Assembly (NCBI GenBank): GCA_003165315.1
Contig: PLSX01000216.1
Span: 21,172 to 85,171, forward strand
DNA from: Acidobacteriota bacterium
GTDB lineage: Bacteria > Acidobacteriota > Terriglobia > UBA7540
Direction: 5' to 3'
DNA length: 64,000 nt
Shown: one piece after another, positions 28,828 through 38,898 of the stretch
Numbering within the stretch: position 1 is the first letter of the stretch
Layout of the letters: every line of letters starts with the position of its first letter
The notes under the pieces: generated by a model
Database searches by the model: none
What the model was told of the DNA's origin: nothing
Seen by the model: the letters and a program-made list of their open reading frames with translations, nothing else
Translations under genes and position numbers: made by a program

Positions 28828-29164
28828 AGAATAGTGGGCAGGTAACGGTAGGCGGAAACCGATAGCCCCCGGGGGACCTCGAAGAGGTGAATCGCGGTTT
28901 GCAGTTGGTGAAACCTACAGAAACGTTCCCTGACCATTTACCATCCTGCAAAGGGTTTAATTGGGTCCCGGGCCGACTGGGTTCAGAAGAGCTTCGACCC
29001 CCTTTAGGATCATAGAGGCGGTTCGCAAGCTATCCTCAATTTTCCTTTTTCCGAGCTGCGGGTCTGGTTTGAGTGGCACTGGGGTTGGTGGTAAGCTTGC
29101 AAGGCATTTCATCGGGCGTTATACATAGCGCGAGTAAGACAATTTGATTCTCAAGGAGGAACCT

Positions 29165-29377
29165 ATGAAGTTGTTCCAAGTGTTGGTTGCACTTGCAATT
29201 CTCAGTGGCTCCATGATTTCGATTTCCACCGCCAAACCGGCTTACGCGACGAAGGAAGGGAAGAAATGCGGGTATTGCCATGTTACTGCCGGCAAACCCG
29301 ACCTGAACGATACTGGTAAGTGCTACAAAGCAAACGATCATTCGCTGGCGAAATGCGCGGCTCCCGCAGGTAGCTAG
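29165..29377 (+). CDS. mini c-type cytochrome (single CxxCH), paralog of 26939-27151
   Basis: Met at 29165 preceded by CAAGGAGGAACCT. Signal peptide, then KPAYATKEGKKCGYCH...YKANDHSLA, matching KPEYAKKEGKGCTFCH...YKDHNHSLE in the paralog. Confidence 0.7.
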   Translation: MKLFQVLVALAILSGSMISISTAKPAYATKEGKKCGYCHVTAGKPDLNDTGKCYKANDHSLAKCAAPAGS

Positions 29378-29860
29378 AACGCCTTGGGGCAGTAACCCGG
29401 ACTTCGCTGGCAGGAATCTAAATCTGATTCTGGCGCCCGCGCTCAGAGGATACTTTCCCGAGAGCGCGGGCGTAAGTCTGCCTCCATTGACCCGCAATCG
29501 ATCATCTGCCCACAATCACATGCTGCCGCATGTTGGAGTATTGGCGTACCCCTTCGCCAGGCCAGCGAGGACGGATCCGCTTTCAGTGTTCCCTCACGGC
29601 CATTCCTACATCGATTCACCTTTGCTTGTCATTCCTACGATATATTGTCCGAAGTCTTCGCCACTGACATCTTTAGCGACAATTCGGACTTTAGCGGTTT
29701 CCCCCCCCGCCATGATCATTTGCCTAAGACCTATCTGGCACGACCCCGCGGCGTTGCCGGACTTTGCTCACAGCCCCAAGTAGTTACGGGACGATTCTGC
29801 TTACAATGTGAGCCTGGCCGCGTTCTGGCGGCATAAGACCGGGAAAATCAGATTTGATTT

Positions 29861-31078
29861 GTGTGCGGTGTTTTCAATAGAATTGTTCCATGGTTGGAGG
29901 GCATATCCATTTCCAGGAAGGGCAGAGATCACTTGAGCGGAAAAAACGATAAAGCAGGGTTTTTGGCAATAGTTCTCATGCTGGCGTTCGTTAATGTCAT
30001 CGGTGGATACGGCCAACTTCCCCCCACCCAAACATCTCCACCCAAGAAGCCGGCGAGCTCAGTTTCCGCCCTAAGTGATTCCAAACGCGACACCATCCTG
30101 AAGTACATCCGGGACCGCTTTGGCGTGCCTGACACCGTAAAACTGACCTTCGGTGACTTGCATCCTTCCGCAGTTTCTCCGGATTTCAATGATGCAACTG
30201 TGATTGTTGACGATGGCAAGGCCAAGCACCCGCAGGCGTTGCTGGTTTCCCGGGACGCGCGTTTTCTGATTGTCGTCACCGGCGCCGTAATGGAACTTCA
30301 TCAGGGTACGCCGGCGGAAATGGAACAGCGTATCCAAGAGCTTTTCAAGACACCTGCCACCTTGAAGGTTTCCGTAAGTGGATTCAAGCTCTCACCTTCT
30401 CCGGATTTTAGGCAGGGCACGCTTACCATGGACAATGGCAAGTCGAAGCAGGACCGTACGGTGCTCCTGACCCGGGATGGTAAACACCTTGTGGTAAGCG
30501 ACCTTTATAATCTGGGGGTCGATCCCCGCGAACAGGCTCTGCACACCATTTCGCTTCACGACGAACCCACTCTGGGACCGGCCAATGCCCCCGTTACGAT
30601 TGTAGAGTACGCTGACCTCCAGTGTCCCACGTGCGCCCGCATGCACGATTTTCTGGAGACTAAAGTTGTCCCGCGTTACGGCAACAAGCTTCGCATTGTC
30701 TTTAAGGAGTACCCTCTGCCGATGCATGACTGGTCGTTTACGGCGGCAATTGCCGACCAGTGCGCTTATGAAATCAACCCATCCGCTTATGTGCCCCTGC
30801 GCACCGCTATCTTCAAGAGCCAACAGCTCATTAACATCACCAACCTGCGGGACACTTTATTGAGCTACGGCGAACAAGCGGGACTTGACCGGGTGCAGTT
30901 GGCCGGCTGCCTCGACTCCAAATCATCCCTGCCCAGGATTCAGCGTGATATGGCGGAAGCCAAACGCATTGAGGTGAATTCAACGCCCACCTTGTTTATC
31001 AATGGCAGGATGATGGTCGGACTGCCCTCCGAGGACGCTTACTACCAGGCCATTGATGAGGCATTGAAAGGCAAGTGA
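29861..31078 (+). CDS. DsbA-family thiol:disulfide oxidoreductase with duplicated N-terminal domain
   Basis: Thioredoxin-fold active site VTIVEYADLQCPTCARMH (CxxC). Two ~90-aa internal repeats precede it. N-terminal hydrophobic anchor. The exact start is uncertain. Confidence 0.8.
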   Translation: MCGVFNRIVPWLEGISISRKGRDHLSGKNDKAGFLAIVLMLAFVNVIGGYGQLPPTQTSPPKKPASSVSALSDSKRDTILKYIRDRFGVPDTVKLTFGDLHPSAVSPDFNDATVIVDDGKAKHPQALLVSRDARFLIVVTGAVMELHQGTPAEMEQRIQELFKTPATLKVSVSGFKLSPSPDFRQGTLTMDNGKSKQDRTVLLTRDGKHLVVSDLYNLGVDPREQALHTISLHDEPTLGPANAPVTIVEYADLQCPTCARMHDFLETKVVPRYGNKLRIVFKEYPLPMHDWSFTAAIADQCAYEINPSAYVPLRTAIFKSQQLINITNLRDTLLSYGEQAGLDRVQLAGCLDSKSSLPRIQRDMAEAKRIEVNSTPTLFINGRMMVGLPSEDAYYQAIDEALKGK

Positions 31079-31479
31079 GTTTCAGAATGTTGGGATTGGG
31101 AGGCTGAAAGCCGCCGACCACAAGTATAGGCCGGCGTCTTGGTTGCTTCTTTTGGCAAGGACGCGGTGGTTTGAAGACACACGGCCATTTCCCTGCGCCC
31201 ATCGCCGCTGCCGTAGGTGTCATGCTGCACGCAACCCTGCGTGTCATGGGTAAAGAGTTTGAGTAAGGTCCTCTCCCGTTCGCCCCATAATTGCAACCCG
31301 GAAAAACGTAGTTCCTCAGTATGGTCCTTGTAGCGGCCGTCTCCTGCAACTGAAACGCGCAGCATTTCCCTCCAGGCGCGTAGAGCGCTGCCAGAGTAAA
31401 TCGAGATACTACCCTCAGTGCTTGCTTCCGCCGTTGAGCTATGATACACAGGAAACCAGTAACTTAACTGGTAAACAAC

Positions 31480-34437
31480 TTGTTCATTCAAGACAAGCCC
31501 ATGACGTTGCGTGTGAAGACCCTGATTATAATTGGCGCGATGCTGGCCGGGTCCTTGGGCGCTCTTTACATTGTTTCACGGATTGTCTTGCTGGGAAGTT
31601 TTGCCAAGTTAGAGGAACAGGAAACCCGGCGCAATGTGGACCGCGTTCGCAGCGCCTTGGCTGACGAGCTTTCCACCCTGGATCACCTCTGTAGAGATTC
31701 CGCCACTTGGGACAAGGCTTACGCATTTATCGAGAATGGCGACCCCGATTTTATTAGGTCGGATGTCGGTTACGGGCGCTTTAGCACACTTTCCCAGCGT
31801 GGCCAAACTCTTCTGCTCTACATCCACTCCTCCGGCCGGATTGTGTTCGGCGAGGGTTTCGACCTGAGGACTCAGAAAGAAACACCTATTCCTGAGGGTC
31901 TACACGCGCATCTTCTCCCTGGAGGAACTCTGCTTCGTCACTCAACTCCGGAAAGTGGTGTGGCGGGAATCCTCCTGATTCCCGAGGGGCCGATCCTGTT
32001 GGCGTCCCGGCCCATCGTGACCACGGATGGGCAAGGTCCCATCCGCGGCTCACTGCTCGTGGGACGTTCCCTGGACTCGACCGAAATTGCGCGTCTCAGC
32101 GAAAAAACGCATTTGGCAGTTGCTTTGCTGCCGTTCCAGGATCCTCGATTGCGCAGCCTATTTCCCATTGTACCGTCTGCACAAATAAATAATGGCCCCG
32201 TTGCTGTCCAGCCGGTGAATGGCGACACCATTGCCGGATACGCCCTGTTGGGAGACATGAATGGCAACCCCGCGCTAGTGCTGAGAGTTACCATGCCACG
32301 CGAGGTTTACCACCGGGGTCAAACCAGCGTCATCTACTTTAGCATTGTCATATTGGCTGGGGGCTTGGTGGCCAGCATCTTGACTTTGCTCCTTTTAGAG
32401 AAGGCTATTCTGTCACGGGTGGCTATTCTAAGCTCGAGTGTTCTTACCGTGGGAGAAACCGGGGATCTCTCGCGCCGTGTCCAACTGACCGGGACGGATG
32501 AATTAGGCCACCTGGCGGGAGCGGTGAACAGGATGCTGGAGGCGCTTGAAGCCTCACGGCGTTTGGAGCGGGAGAGCGAGGAACGTTACCGTCTGCTCTT
32601 CCAGCGCAATCAGGCAGGAGTGTTTCGTTGCACGACCGACGGGAAAATTATTGATGGCAACGAAGCGCTGGCCCGGATCCTGGGTCATACCTCGAGGGAG
32701 GAAATGCTGGCCCCACATCAGGCGGAAGCCCAGTGGGGGGGCGAAGATACCGCCTCCTTCCTTACCCGTCTGAAGGAACAAAGTATTGTTAGTAATTGGG
32801 AAGGAATCCTTCGACGCAGGGACGGAAGTCCAGTATGGGTGCTGGCAAGTGGGACCCTGCTCGATGGTTGCGTCATCGAAGGAACGGTGATTGATATCAC
32901 GGATCGCAAGCAGGCTGAAGCTGAGAATCTCCGCCTGGTAACGGCAATTGAGCAGTCTGCCGAAGCCGTAGTGATTACCAATCCCACCGGGGAAATTGAG
33001 TATGTCAACGCTGCCTTCACTTGGATAACCGGCTACAAACGCGAAGAAGTGATGGGGCAGAGTACTAAAATCTTGAAATCGGGCAAGCATGACCGGGCGT
33101 TTTACCAACAGCTTTGGGAGACGATTCTCAAAGGAAGGAACTGGCATGGTGAACTCATCAACCGGCGAAAGGACGGAACCCTTTATACCGAACTGATGGC
33201 CATCTCGGCAGTTAAGGGTGAACGCGGCGAAGTCACCCACTTCATCGCCACAAAACAGGATGTGACAGAGCGCAAGTCTCTGGAGGCTCAGCTTCAGCAA
33301 GCGGCGAAAATAGATGCAGTCGGTGGTCTGGCAGCTGGTGTTGCCCATGACTTTAACAACCTCCTTACCATCATTAATGGGTATACAGAGCTTCTCGTGG
33401 ATCAATTTGCATCGAACGAGGAGGTGAGCGCTTTCCTGAAGGAGATCAAAGATGCCGGGGAACGTGCTGCCTCCCTCACGCACCAGTTGTTGGCCTTTAG
33501 CCGGCATCAAGTGCTGGCTCCTGAGGTGATTGATCTAAACTCCGTGATATCCAATCTGGAGAAAATGCTGAAGAGACTCATTGGGGAAGACATAACACTG
33601 CACACGCACCTTGATCCATCATTGGGGTTGGTGAAGGCGGACCCGGGGCAAATCGAACAAGTCATTATGAACCTGGCGGTAAATTCGCGCGATGCCATGC
33701 CGACAGGGGGGAATTTCAGCATTGAAACAAGCAATGTGGAGCTGGACGAGGTTTTCGCTCGCAGCCACCTCACGATGGAGCCGGGTTCTTACGTTTTGGT
33801 GGCAGTTGGCGATACCGGGGTGGGAATGACGCCTGAGACAAAAGCGCACATCTTCGAACCCTTCTTCACAACCAAGGGAAAGGGGAAGGGAACGGGCCTG
33901 GGACTGGCGACTGTGTACGGAATTATTAAACAATCGGGAGGCAGTATTTGGGTATACAGCGAGCCTGGCCAGGGTACCGTATTCAAGCTCTACCTTCCCG
34001 TCGCCAGTGGGGAACCAATAGTGAAGCGCGACGCGATTACATCGGCGGATTCGGCCTCCGGGTCGGAAACGATTCTGGTGGTCGAGGATGAGGAAGGCGT
34101 GCGCTCCATGGTACGGTTGGCACTGGCGTCGGCTGGATACAAAGTCCTGGAATCGGCGGACGGGGAAAGTGCCTTGTTAATTTGCGCCGACCATGGCGAA
34201 CCTATTCATCTCTTAATAACAGACGTGGTGATGCCCAAAATGTCAGGTCCTTTGGTGGCGGATAAAGTCGCCACCTTGCGTCCTGGGATCAAGGTGCTCT
34301 ATATGTCTGGATATACCGACGATGCCGTGGTGCACTACGGCGTTCTTCGGCAGGAAATGCCCTTCATCCAGAAACCCTTCTCCCCCATCGCGTTACGTAA
34401 GAAGGTTCGGGAAGTTCTGGGGGAACAGAAAGTGTGA
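31480..34437 (+). CDS. hybrid sensor histidine kinase (CHASE4-HAMP-PAS-PAS-HisKA-HATPase-REC)
   Basis: N-terminal TM plus a CHASE4-like periplasmic region, and two PAS/PAC units. H-box AAGVAHDFNNLL; N/G boxes NLAVNSRDAM, DTGVGM and GTGLGLATV. C-terminal receiver ILVVEDEEGVR...LLITDVVMPKMSG. Confidence 0.9.
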   Translation: MFIQDKPMTLRVKTLIIIGAMLAGSLGALYIVSRIVLLGSFAKLEEQETRRNVDRVRSALADELSTLDHLCRDSATWDKAYAFIENGDPDFIRSDVGYGRFSTLSQRGQTLLLYIHSSGRIVFGEGFDLRTQKETPIPEGLHAHLLPGGTLLRHSTPESGVAGILLIPEGPILLASRPIVTTDGQGPIRGSLLVGRSLDSTEIARLSEKTHLAVALLPFQDPRLRSLFPIVPSAQINNGPVAVQPVNGDTIAGYALLGDMNGNPALVLRVTMPREVYHRGQTSVIYFSIVILAGGLVASILTLLLLEKAILSRVAILSSSVLTVGETGDLSRRVQLTGTDELGHLAGAVNRMLEALEASRRLERESEERYRLLFQRNQAGVFRCTTDGKIIDGNEALARILGHTSREEMLAPHQAEAQWGGEDTASFLTRLKEQSIVSNWEGILRRRDGSPVWVLASGTLLDGCVIEGTVIDITDRKQAEAENLRLVTAIEQSAEAVVITNPTGEIEYVNAAFTWITGYKREEVMGQSTKILKSGKHDRAFYQQLWETILKGRNWHGELINRRKDGTLYTELMAISAVKGERGEVTHFIATKQDVTERKSLEAQLQQAAKIDAVGGLAAGVAHDFNNLLTIINGYTELLVDQFASNEEVSAFLKEIKDAGERAASLTHQLLAFSRHQVLAPEVIDLNSVISNLEKMLKRLIGEDITLHTHLDPSLGLVKADPGQIEQVIMNLAVNSRDAMPTGGNFSIETSNVELDEVFARSHLTMEPGSYVLVAVGDTGVGMTPETKAHIFEPFFTTKGKGKGTGLGLATVYGIIKQSGGSIWVYSEPGQGTVFKLYLPVASGEPIVKRDAITSADSASGSETILVVEDEEGVRSMVRLALASAGYKVLESADGESALLICADHGEPIHLLITDVVMPKMSGPLVADKVATLRPGIKVLYMSGYTDDAVVHYGVLRQEMPFIQKPFSPIALRKKVREVLGEQKV

Positions 34438-34712
34438 GAAGCCAGAGTGGAAAGGCCTGCAATTTTCCGGGTTACCTCTTCGTTTACCTGGGAGATGTGT
34501 TGCTGGTTGTTGCCGCCTTGAATTAGACATTGCTGTCCTATGACTTGCTGAGGATAAGCCTTTCGAAGCCTCGCTGAAAGCTCAAAGCCACGCCGCACGG
34601 GTCGCCGAAGTGAAGTTCCGAAACTGACCCAAAATCAGAAAATCCAAACCTTGCTGCATTTGGTTAATCTCTTCTATAATGAATAGGTTTTGGCCAAATA
34701 TCAGGAGCAATC

Positions 34713-36644
34713 ATGTTTGCCTTATTTAAGAAAAATAAAGACCAAGTCAAGAAATGGCTACTCATATTCTTCCTGGGCATCGTGTCCCTGAGCATGGTGG
34801 TTGTGATGGCGCCCCTCCCAGGCGGTGATACGTCCCGGCCCGAAGGCAATGTGCTGGCCTCGATTGGCGGCGATACCATTACCAGTGCCGAACTGGATCA
34901 AACCATCCGCGACCGGTTCAAGAACTCGCCCATGGGTTTCGATCGGCACATGGTGCCCATCGTCGCGCCCAGCGTTCTTGACCAGATGGTGACCGAACAG
35001 ATCCTGATGCAACAGGCGGCAAGAATGGGAGTTGAGGTTTCCGACCAGGAGATGCTGAAGACTTTTCAGCGCATTCCCTGGTTGTACCCGGATGGGAATT
35101 TCGTAGGTGCTGATCGCGCTTCCGATTTGGTGGCTCAACAGACCGGCAAAACGCTGGCGCAATTTGAAACGTTGATGCGAAACAGCCTGCTGGAAGAGAA
35201 GATTCGCAGCATTGTGACGGATGGAGTCCAGGTAACGCCCACAGAGGTTCTGGCCCAATTCCACCACCGAAATACCAAAACCAAGATTGATTATGTCCTC
35301 TTTGATCCCAGCCAATTTGTCAAGGACGTGCAGGTAACGCCTGAAGCCCTCCAAGCGTACTTCCAGAAAGATCCTGCCCACTACAAGCTTCCCGAGCAGC
35401 GCCAGGTGCGTTACGTGGTGATCGATCCTGACCAGGTGCGGGCGCAAGTGAAAGTGGATGAGGCGGAACTACGCCAATATTATGCCCAGCACCTCTCCGA
35501 TTACCGCGTGCCGGACCGAGTCAGGGTGGCCCACATCTTATTTAAGACCACGGGTAAGTCGCCGGCGGAAATGGCGACGATTGAAAAGACGGCGGCCGAT
35601 GTGTTGAACCAGATTCGCGCCGGCGGTGACTTTGGCGAACTCGCCAAGAAATTCTCAGAAGACAGCACGGCGCAAGCGGGCGGTGAGCTTGGCTGGCTTG
35701 TTCACGGGCAGACCGTGCCGGAGTTCGACTCCATGGCATTTTCATTGAAGCCGGGCCAAGTGAGCGGCCTGGTTAAGACGGTATATGGCATCCACATCCT
35801 TAAACTTGAGGAAAAAGAGATTGCCCACTTGCAGACCTTTGACGAAGTCAGGAATTCCATCGAAGTGGAAATCATGAAGCAACGCGTTGCCGACGCACAG
35901 GCGGCGCTTGCCACCAAGCTTGAATCGCAGCTCAAGGCCAACCCGCAGCAGTTTGACGACATTGCACGCAAGGCAGGCTTGGAGCCCAAACAGTCGCCGC
36001 TGTTCAAATACAATCAACCAATTCCCGACCTTGGCAAGACGGACGCGTTTGAGAACCTTGCATTTCAGCTTCGTCTGAATGAAGTCGGCACCCCCATTTC
36101 GGTTCCCCGGGGAGCGGCAATTATCCAGTTGGTCCAGGTCGTTCCGGAGCATGTTCCCGCACTTGATGAAGTTCACGCACAAGTGGAAGAAGACTATCGG
36201 CATGACCAGTCCATCCAGTTGGCGCAGGACAAAGCCAAAAAGCTTGCGGATCTGGCCAAGACCCAGGACTTTGACAAGGCAGCGAAATCTCTTGGATTGA
36301 CCTCCAAAGAGAGCAATGACTTCAGCGCCAGCGAATACGTGGAAGGTGTGGGCAGCGGCTCTCAATTAAGCGATGCCTTCACCCTGAACCCCGGGCAAGT
36401 GAGTGGTGTTATTGCCGCCGGAACCAACCAAGTTTTGTTCAAAGTGGTTTCGCACACCCCCGCCAATGAAGCTGATTTTGCTGCCCAACGCGACCAGATC
36501 AGCGAGGAGTTACTGGACCAAAAGCGCGACCTGCAATTTGAGATCTATCGTGATAACTTGAAGGATCAGTTTATCCACTCCGGCAGATTGAAGATGAACG
36601 AGGCCGGCATGAAGCAATTCCTGGCATCGTATCAGGCGCAGTAG
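34713..36644 (+). CDS. ppiD: periplasmic chaperone / peptidyl-prolyl isomerase, PpiD-like
   Basis: N-terminal membrane anchor, SurA-N-like region and parvulin domain (VAHILFKT...GGELGW...FSLKPGQVSGLVKTVYGIHILK). 643 aa. Confidence 0.8.
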   Translation: MFALFKKNKDQVKKWLLIFFLGIVSLSMVVVMAPLPGGDTSRPEGNVLASIGGDTITSAELDQTIRDRFKNSPMGFDRHMVPIVAPSVLDQMVTEQILMQQAARMGVEVSDQEMLKTFQRIPWLYPDGNFVGADRASDLVAQQTGKTLAQFETLMRNSLLEEKIRSIVTDGVQVTPTEVLAQFHHRNTKTKIDYVLFDPSQFVKDVQVTPEALQAYFQKDPAHYKLPEQRQVRYVVIDPDQVRAQVKVDEAELRQYYAQHLSDYRVPDRVRVAHILFKTTGKSPAEMATIEKTAADVLNQIRAGGDFGELAKKFSEDSTAQAGGELGWLVHGQTVPEFDSMAFSLKPGQVSGLVKTVYGIHILKLEEKEIAHLQTFDEVRNSIEVEIMKQRVADAQAALATKLESQLKANPQQFDDIARKAGLEPKQSPLFKYNQPIPDLGKTDAFENLAFQLRLNEVGTPISVPRGAAIIQLVQVVPEHVPALDEVHAQVEEDYRHDQSIQLAQDKAKKLADLAKTQDFDKAAKSLGLTSKESNDFSASEYVEGVGSGSQLSDAFTLNPGQVSGVIAAGTNQVLFKVVSHTPANEADFAAQRDQISEELLDQKRDLQFEIYRDNLKDQFIHSGRLKMNEAGMKQFLASYQAQ

Positions 36645-36649
36645 TTCCG

Positions 36650-37534
36650 GTGGGTGTGCCACGGGCAGCCCGCTTGATCCATTGGGGACCCACCCGTGGA
36701 GGATTGCATGGCCGGGACGGCCATGGCACAAGCGGAAAAGTCCGCGTCGGAGCCCCATTGTCCCATCCGCAAAACGTCTCCCCCAACAATCAACCTTCAG
36801 GAAATGTTATCGAACCCACCTGCGTGCTGATTCCCTCAGGAGATTTTTTGATGGGCTGTGAGCAGGGCCGCGAGGAGGAGCGTCCTGCGCATCGCGTCTG
36901 GGTGGATGCCTTCGACATGGCGATTTGCCAGGTGCGAAATCGGGACTTTGCCGCGTTTATGCGATCCACCGGGCATCCGGCGCCGCCCAACTGGAATCAG
37001 CCGGGCTTTGATGATCCCGACCATCCTGTTGTCGCCGTCAGTTGGGTGGAAGCGCAGAAATACTGCCAGTGGCTCGCGGAAACGACCGGCCGCGATTATC
37101 GGCTGCCCACGGAGGCAGAATGGGAACGCGCCGCGCGTGCGGGCGAGGAGGGTCGGCTTTATCCCTGGGGTGATGTCCCTCCACAGGACTGGTGGGAATA
37201 TCAGCAGAGGTGGGGCAGGGAAGGGCCGGGGCCGCTGGTTGTGGGTCAAGGAGCGCCAAACGCTTACGGCGTATTCGATCTCTGTGAAAACGTCCATGAG
37301 TGGTGCGCGGATTGGTACAAGGCGGATTATTATGAGTTATCCCCTCGCCATAATCCTTCGGGGCCGTCTACGGGAGAACGTCGCGCCTCACGGGGAGGTT
37401 CCTGGCGGCACCATGTGAAAGTTAGCCGTGTGGCTGCCCGCTCCAGCATTCCGCCCACCTTTCAGTATGCTGATTATGGCTTCCGGGTGGTACGCGAGCA
37501 CAGGCAGCAAGAGTCAAAATGCAGTGACCAGTAG
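36650..37534 (+). CDS. formylglycine-generating enzyme (FGE/SUMF1) family protein
   Basis: VLIPSGDFLMG, RPAHRVWVDAFDM, PVVAVSWVEAQKYCQWL, YRLPTEAEWERAARAG, RGGSWRHH and YGFRVV. The first ~55 residues of the ORF look non-native (Gly/Arg/His-rich). The true start may be GTG 36824. Confidence 0.8.
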   Translation: MGVPRAARLIHWGPTRGGLHGRDGHGTSGKVRVGAPLSHPQNVSPNNQPSGNVIEPTCVLIPSGDFLMGCEQGREEERPAHRVWVDAFDMAICQVRNRDFAAFMRSTGHPAPPNWNQPGFDDPDHPVVAVSWVEAQKYCQWLAETTGRDYRLPTEAEWERAARAGEEGRLYPWGDVPPQDWWEYQQRWGREGPGPLVVGQGAPNAYGVFDLCENVHEWCADWYKADYYELSPRHNPSGPSTGERRASRGGSWRHHVKVSRVAARSSIPPTFQYADYGFRVVREHRQQESKCSDQ

Positions 37535-37737
37535 GCGGCAATAAGCAGACTGCGAAAAGGGCAGAATGAAATGAAAGTCAAAGTGCAAAAGGCAAAGGGC
37601 AAAAGTCCAATCCGTTTTCGCAGCGTTGGGGTTCCGACGTCCGGTTCCAGACTCATGAAGCTGGAATCCCGTATTAGTTCTCGAATTTTGAATCTTGATT
37701 CTGGAATTCTGCGAAGCGGTTATTTGGACCATCAATT

Positions 37738-38712
37738 ATGAAGATCTCCCCGCTCACGAGAGGCGCAATTCTGCGGCGTAGTTTCCTGTCGCAGTTCGCC
37801 GCTGGCGCAGCCGCCGCGATGCTGGGACCCAGCGGAAGCGCCCTTGCTTATTCCAAAAAGCGCCATTCCGCCCCCAGTCCGCCTAACAAGCTTGACCGCA
37901 TTGCCATTTCAACCTGGAGCCTTCACAACTATTTCCGATCCACGCGCGAAAGCACCTTCAGTCTCCCGGGTCCGATGCTGGCACTGCTTGATGTCCCGGA
38001 AATGCTTGTGGACCGGTATAGAGTTCACCACTTTGAGCTTTGTGCCTCGCACTTTCCCTCCACCGAGCAAGCCTATCTGCGCGAGTTGAAATACGTGTTG
38101 GTGCACACACAATCGACGGTTGTGCATCTATCCATCGATATTGACCCATGTGGATCGGAGGGAACTTTTTCCGACCCCGATCGTGGAACTCGTCTGGCAG
38201 CCCTGGAAAGCGTTCAGCCCTGGGTGGACCTCGCGCACACGCTGGGTGCGAAGTCAGTGAGCGTTGGTCCCGGCAAAACTGATCCGGAGAATTTGGCGCG
38301 AACCGCTGAATCCTACAAAGCGTTGGCAACTTATGCCTTGGCCAGAGGTGTCCACGTGATTGTGGAGAACCAAATCGGCTTCGGCGCCGAGCATCCGGAA
38401 GAGCTAGCCAGTGTCATCAATCTTCCTGGTCCTGGACGCATTGGCGCGCTGCCGGATTTCGCTAATTTTACCGATGAAGCCGCGCGCGCGAAGGGATTGA
38501 AGCTGCTCTTCCCCCTGGCTCCAACCGTTTGTCACGTGAGTGCCACGGAATTCGATGCTGGCCGATTCGAGTCGGCGTATGATTTTTCCCAGGCGATTGA
38601 AATTGCCAGACAGTCGGGCTTCCATGGAATTTACTCGATTAAATTTGATGGCCCCGACGATCCCTACACCGGCATACAGAAAACCCTGGATGAATTGCTG
38701 AAATATTTGTAG
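37738..38712 (+). CDS. Tat-exported sugar phosphate isomerase/epimerase (xylose-isomerase-like TIM barrel)
   Basis: Twin-arginine signal ...AILRRSFLSQFAAGAAAAMLG. The size and the HVIVENQIG-type segment are consistent with the AP_endonuc_2 TIM barrel. It clusters with Tat-dependent GMC oxidoreductase genes. Confidence 0.6.
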   Translation: MKISPLTRGAILRRSFLSQFAAGAAAAMLGPSGSALAYSKKRHSAPSPPNKLDRIAISTWSLHNYFRSTRESTFSLPGPMLALLDVPEMLVDRYRVHHFELCASHFPSTEQAYLRELKYVLVHTQSTVVHLSIDIDPCGSEGTFSDPDRGTRLAALESVQPWVDLAHTLGAKSVSVGPGKTDPENLARTAESYKALATYALARGVHVIVENQIGFGAEHPEELASVINLPGPGRIGALPDFANFTDEAARAKGLKLLFPLAPTVCHVSATEFDAGRFESAYDFSQAIEIARQSGFHGIYSIKFDGPDDPYTGIQKTLDELLKYL

Positions 38713-38898
38713 AGAGTTCGCGATTCCTGCCAAAAAGGGTCGCCACCCTGCCAAAGATTTCTTGCCGGCGCTTGATACCACTCAAATAAACATTGACCCG
38801 CTGACTGAGAATCTGTAGTTTCATCGCTGTCACCCAGAACACCTAATCCAGGGGGACGGGCGCCAGGGGCTGCGCATTCTGTCAGGGGGCCAACATTC

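Noticed and set aside
31042-31491. 149-aa minus-strand ORF between the DsbA-like gene and the CHASE4 kinase as a real gene or transposase fragment
   Set aside because: No recognisable motif and no RBS. It overlaps the 3' end of the DsbA-like gene and the kinase start region. The composition is not convincingly protein-like. It is left unannotated.
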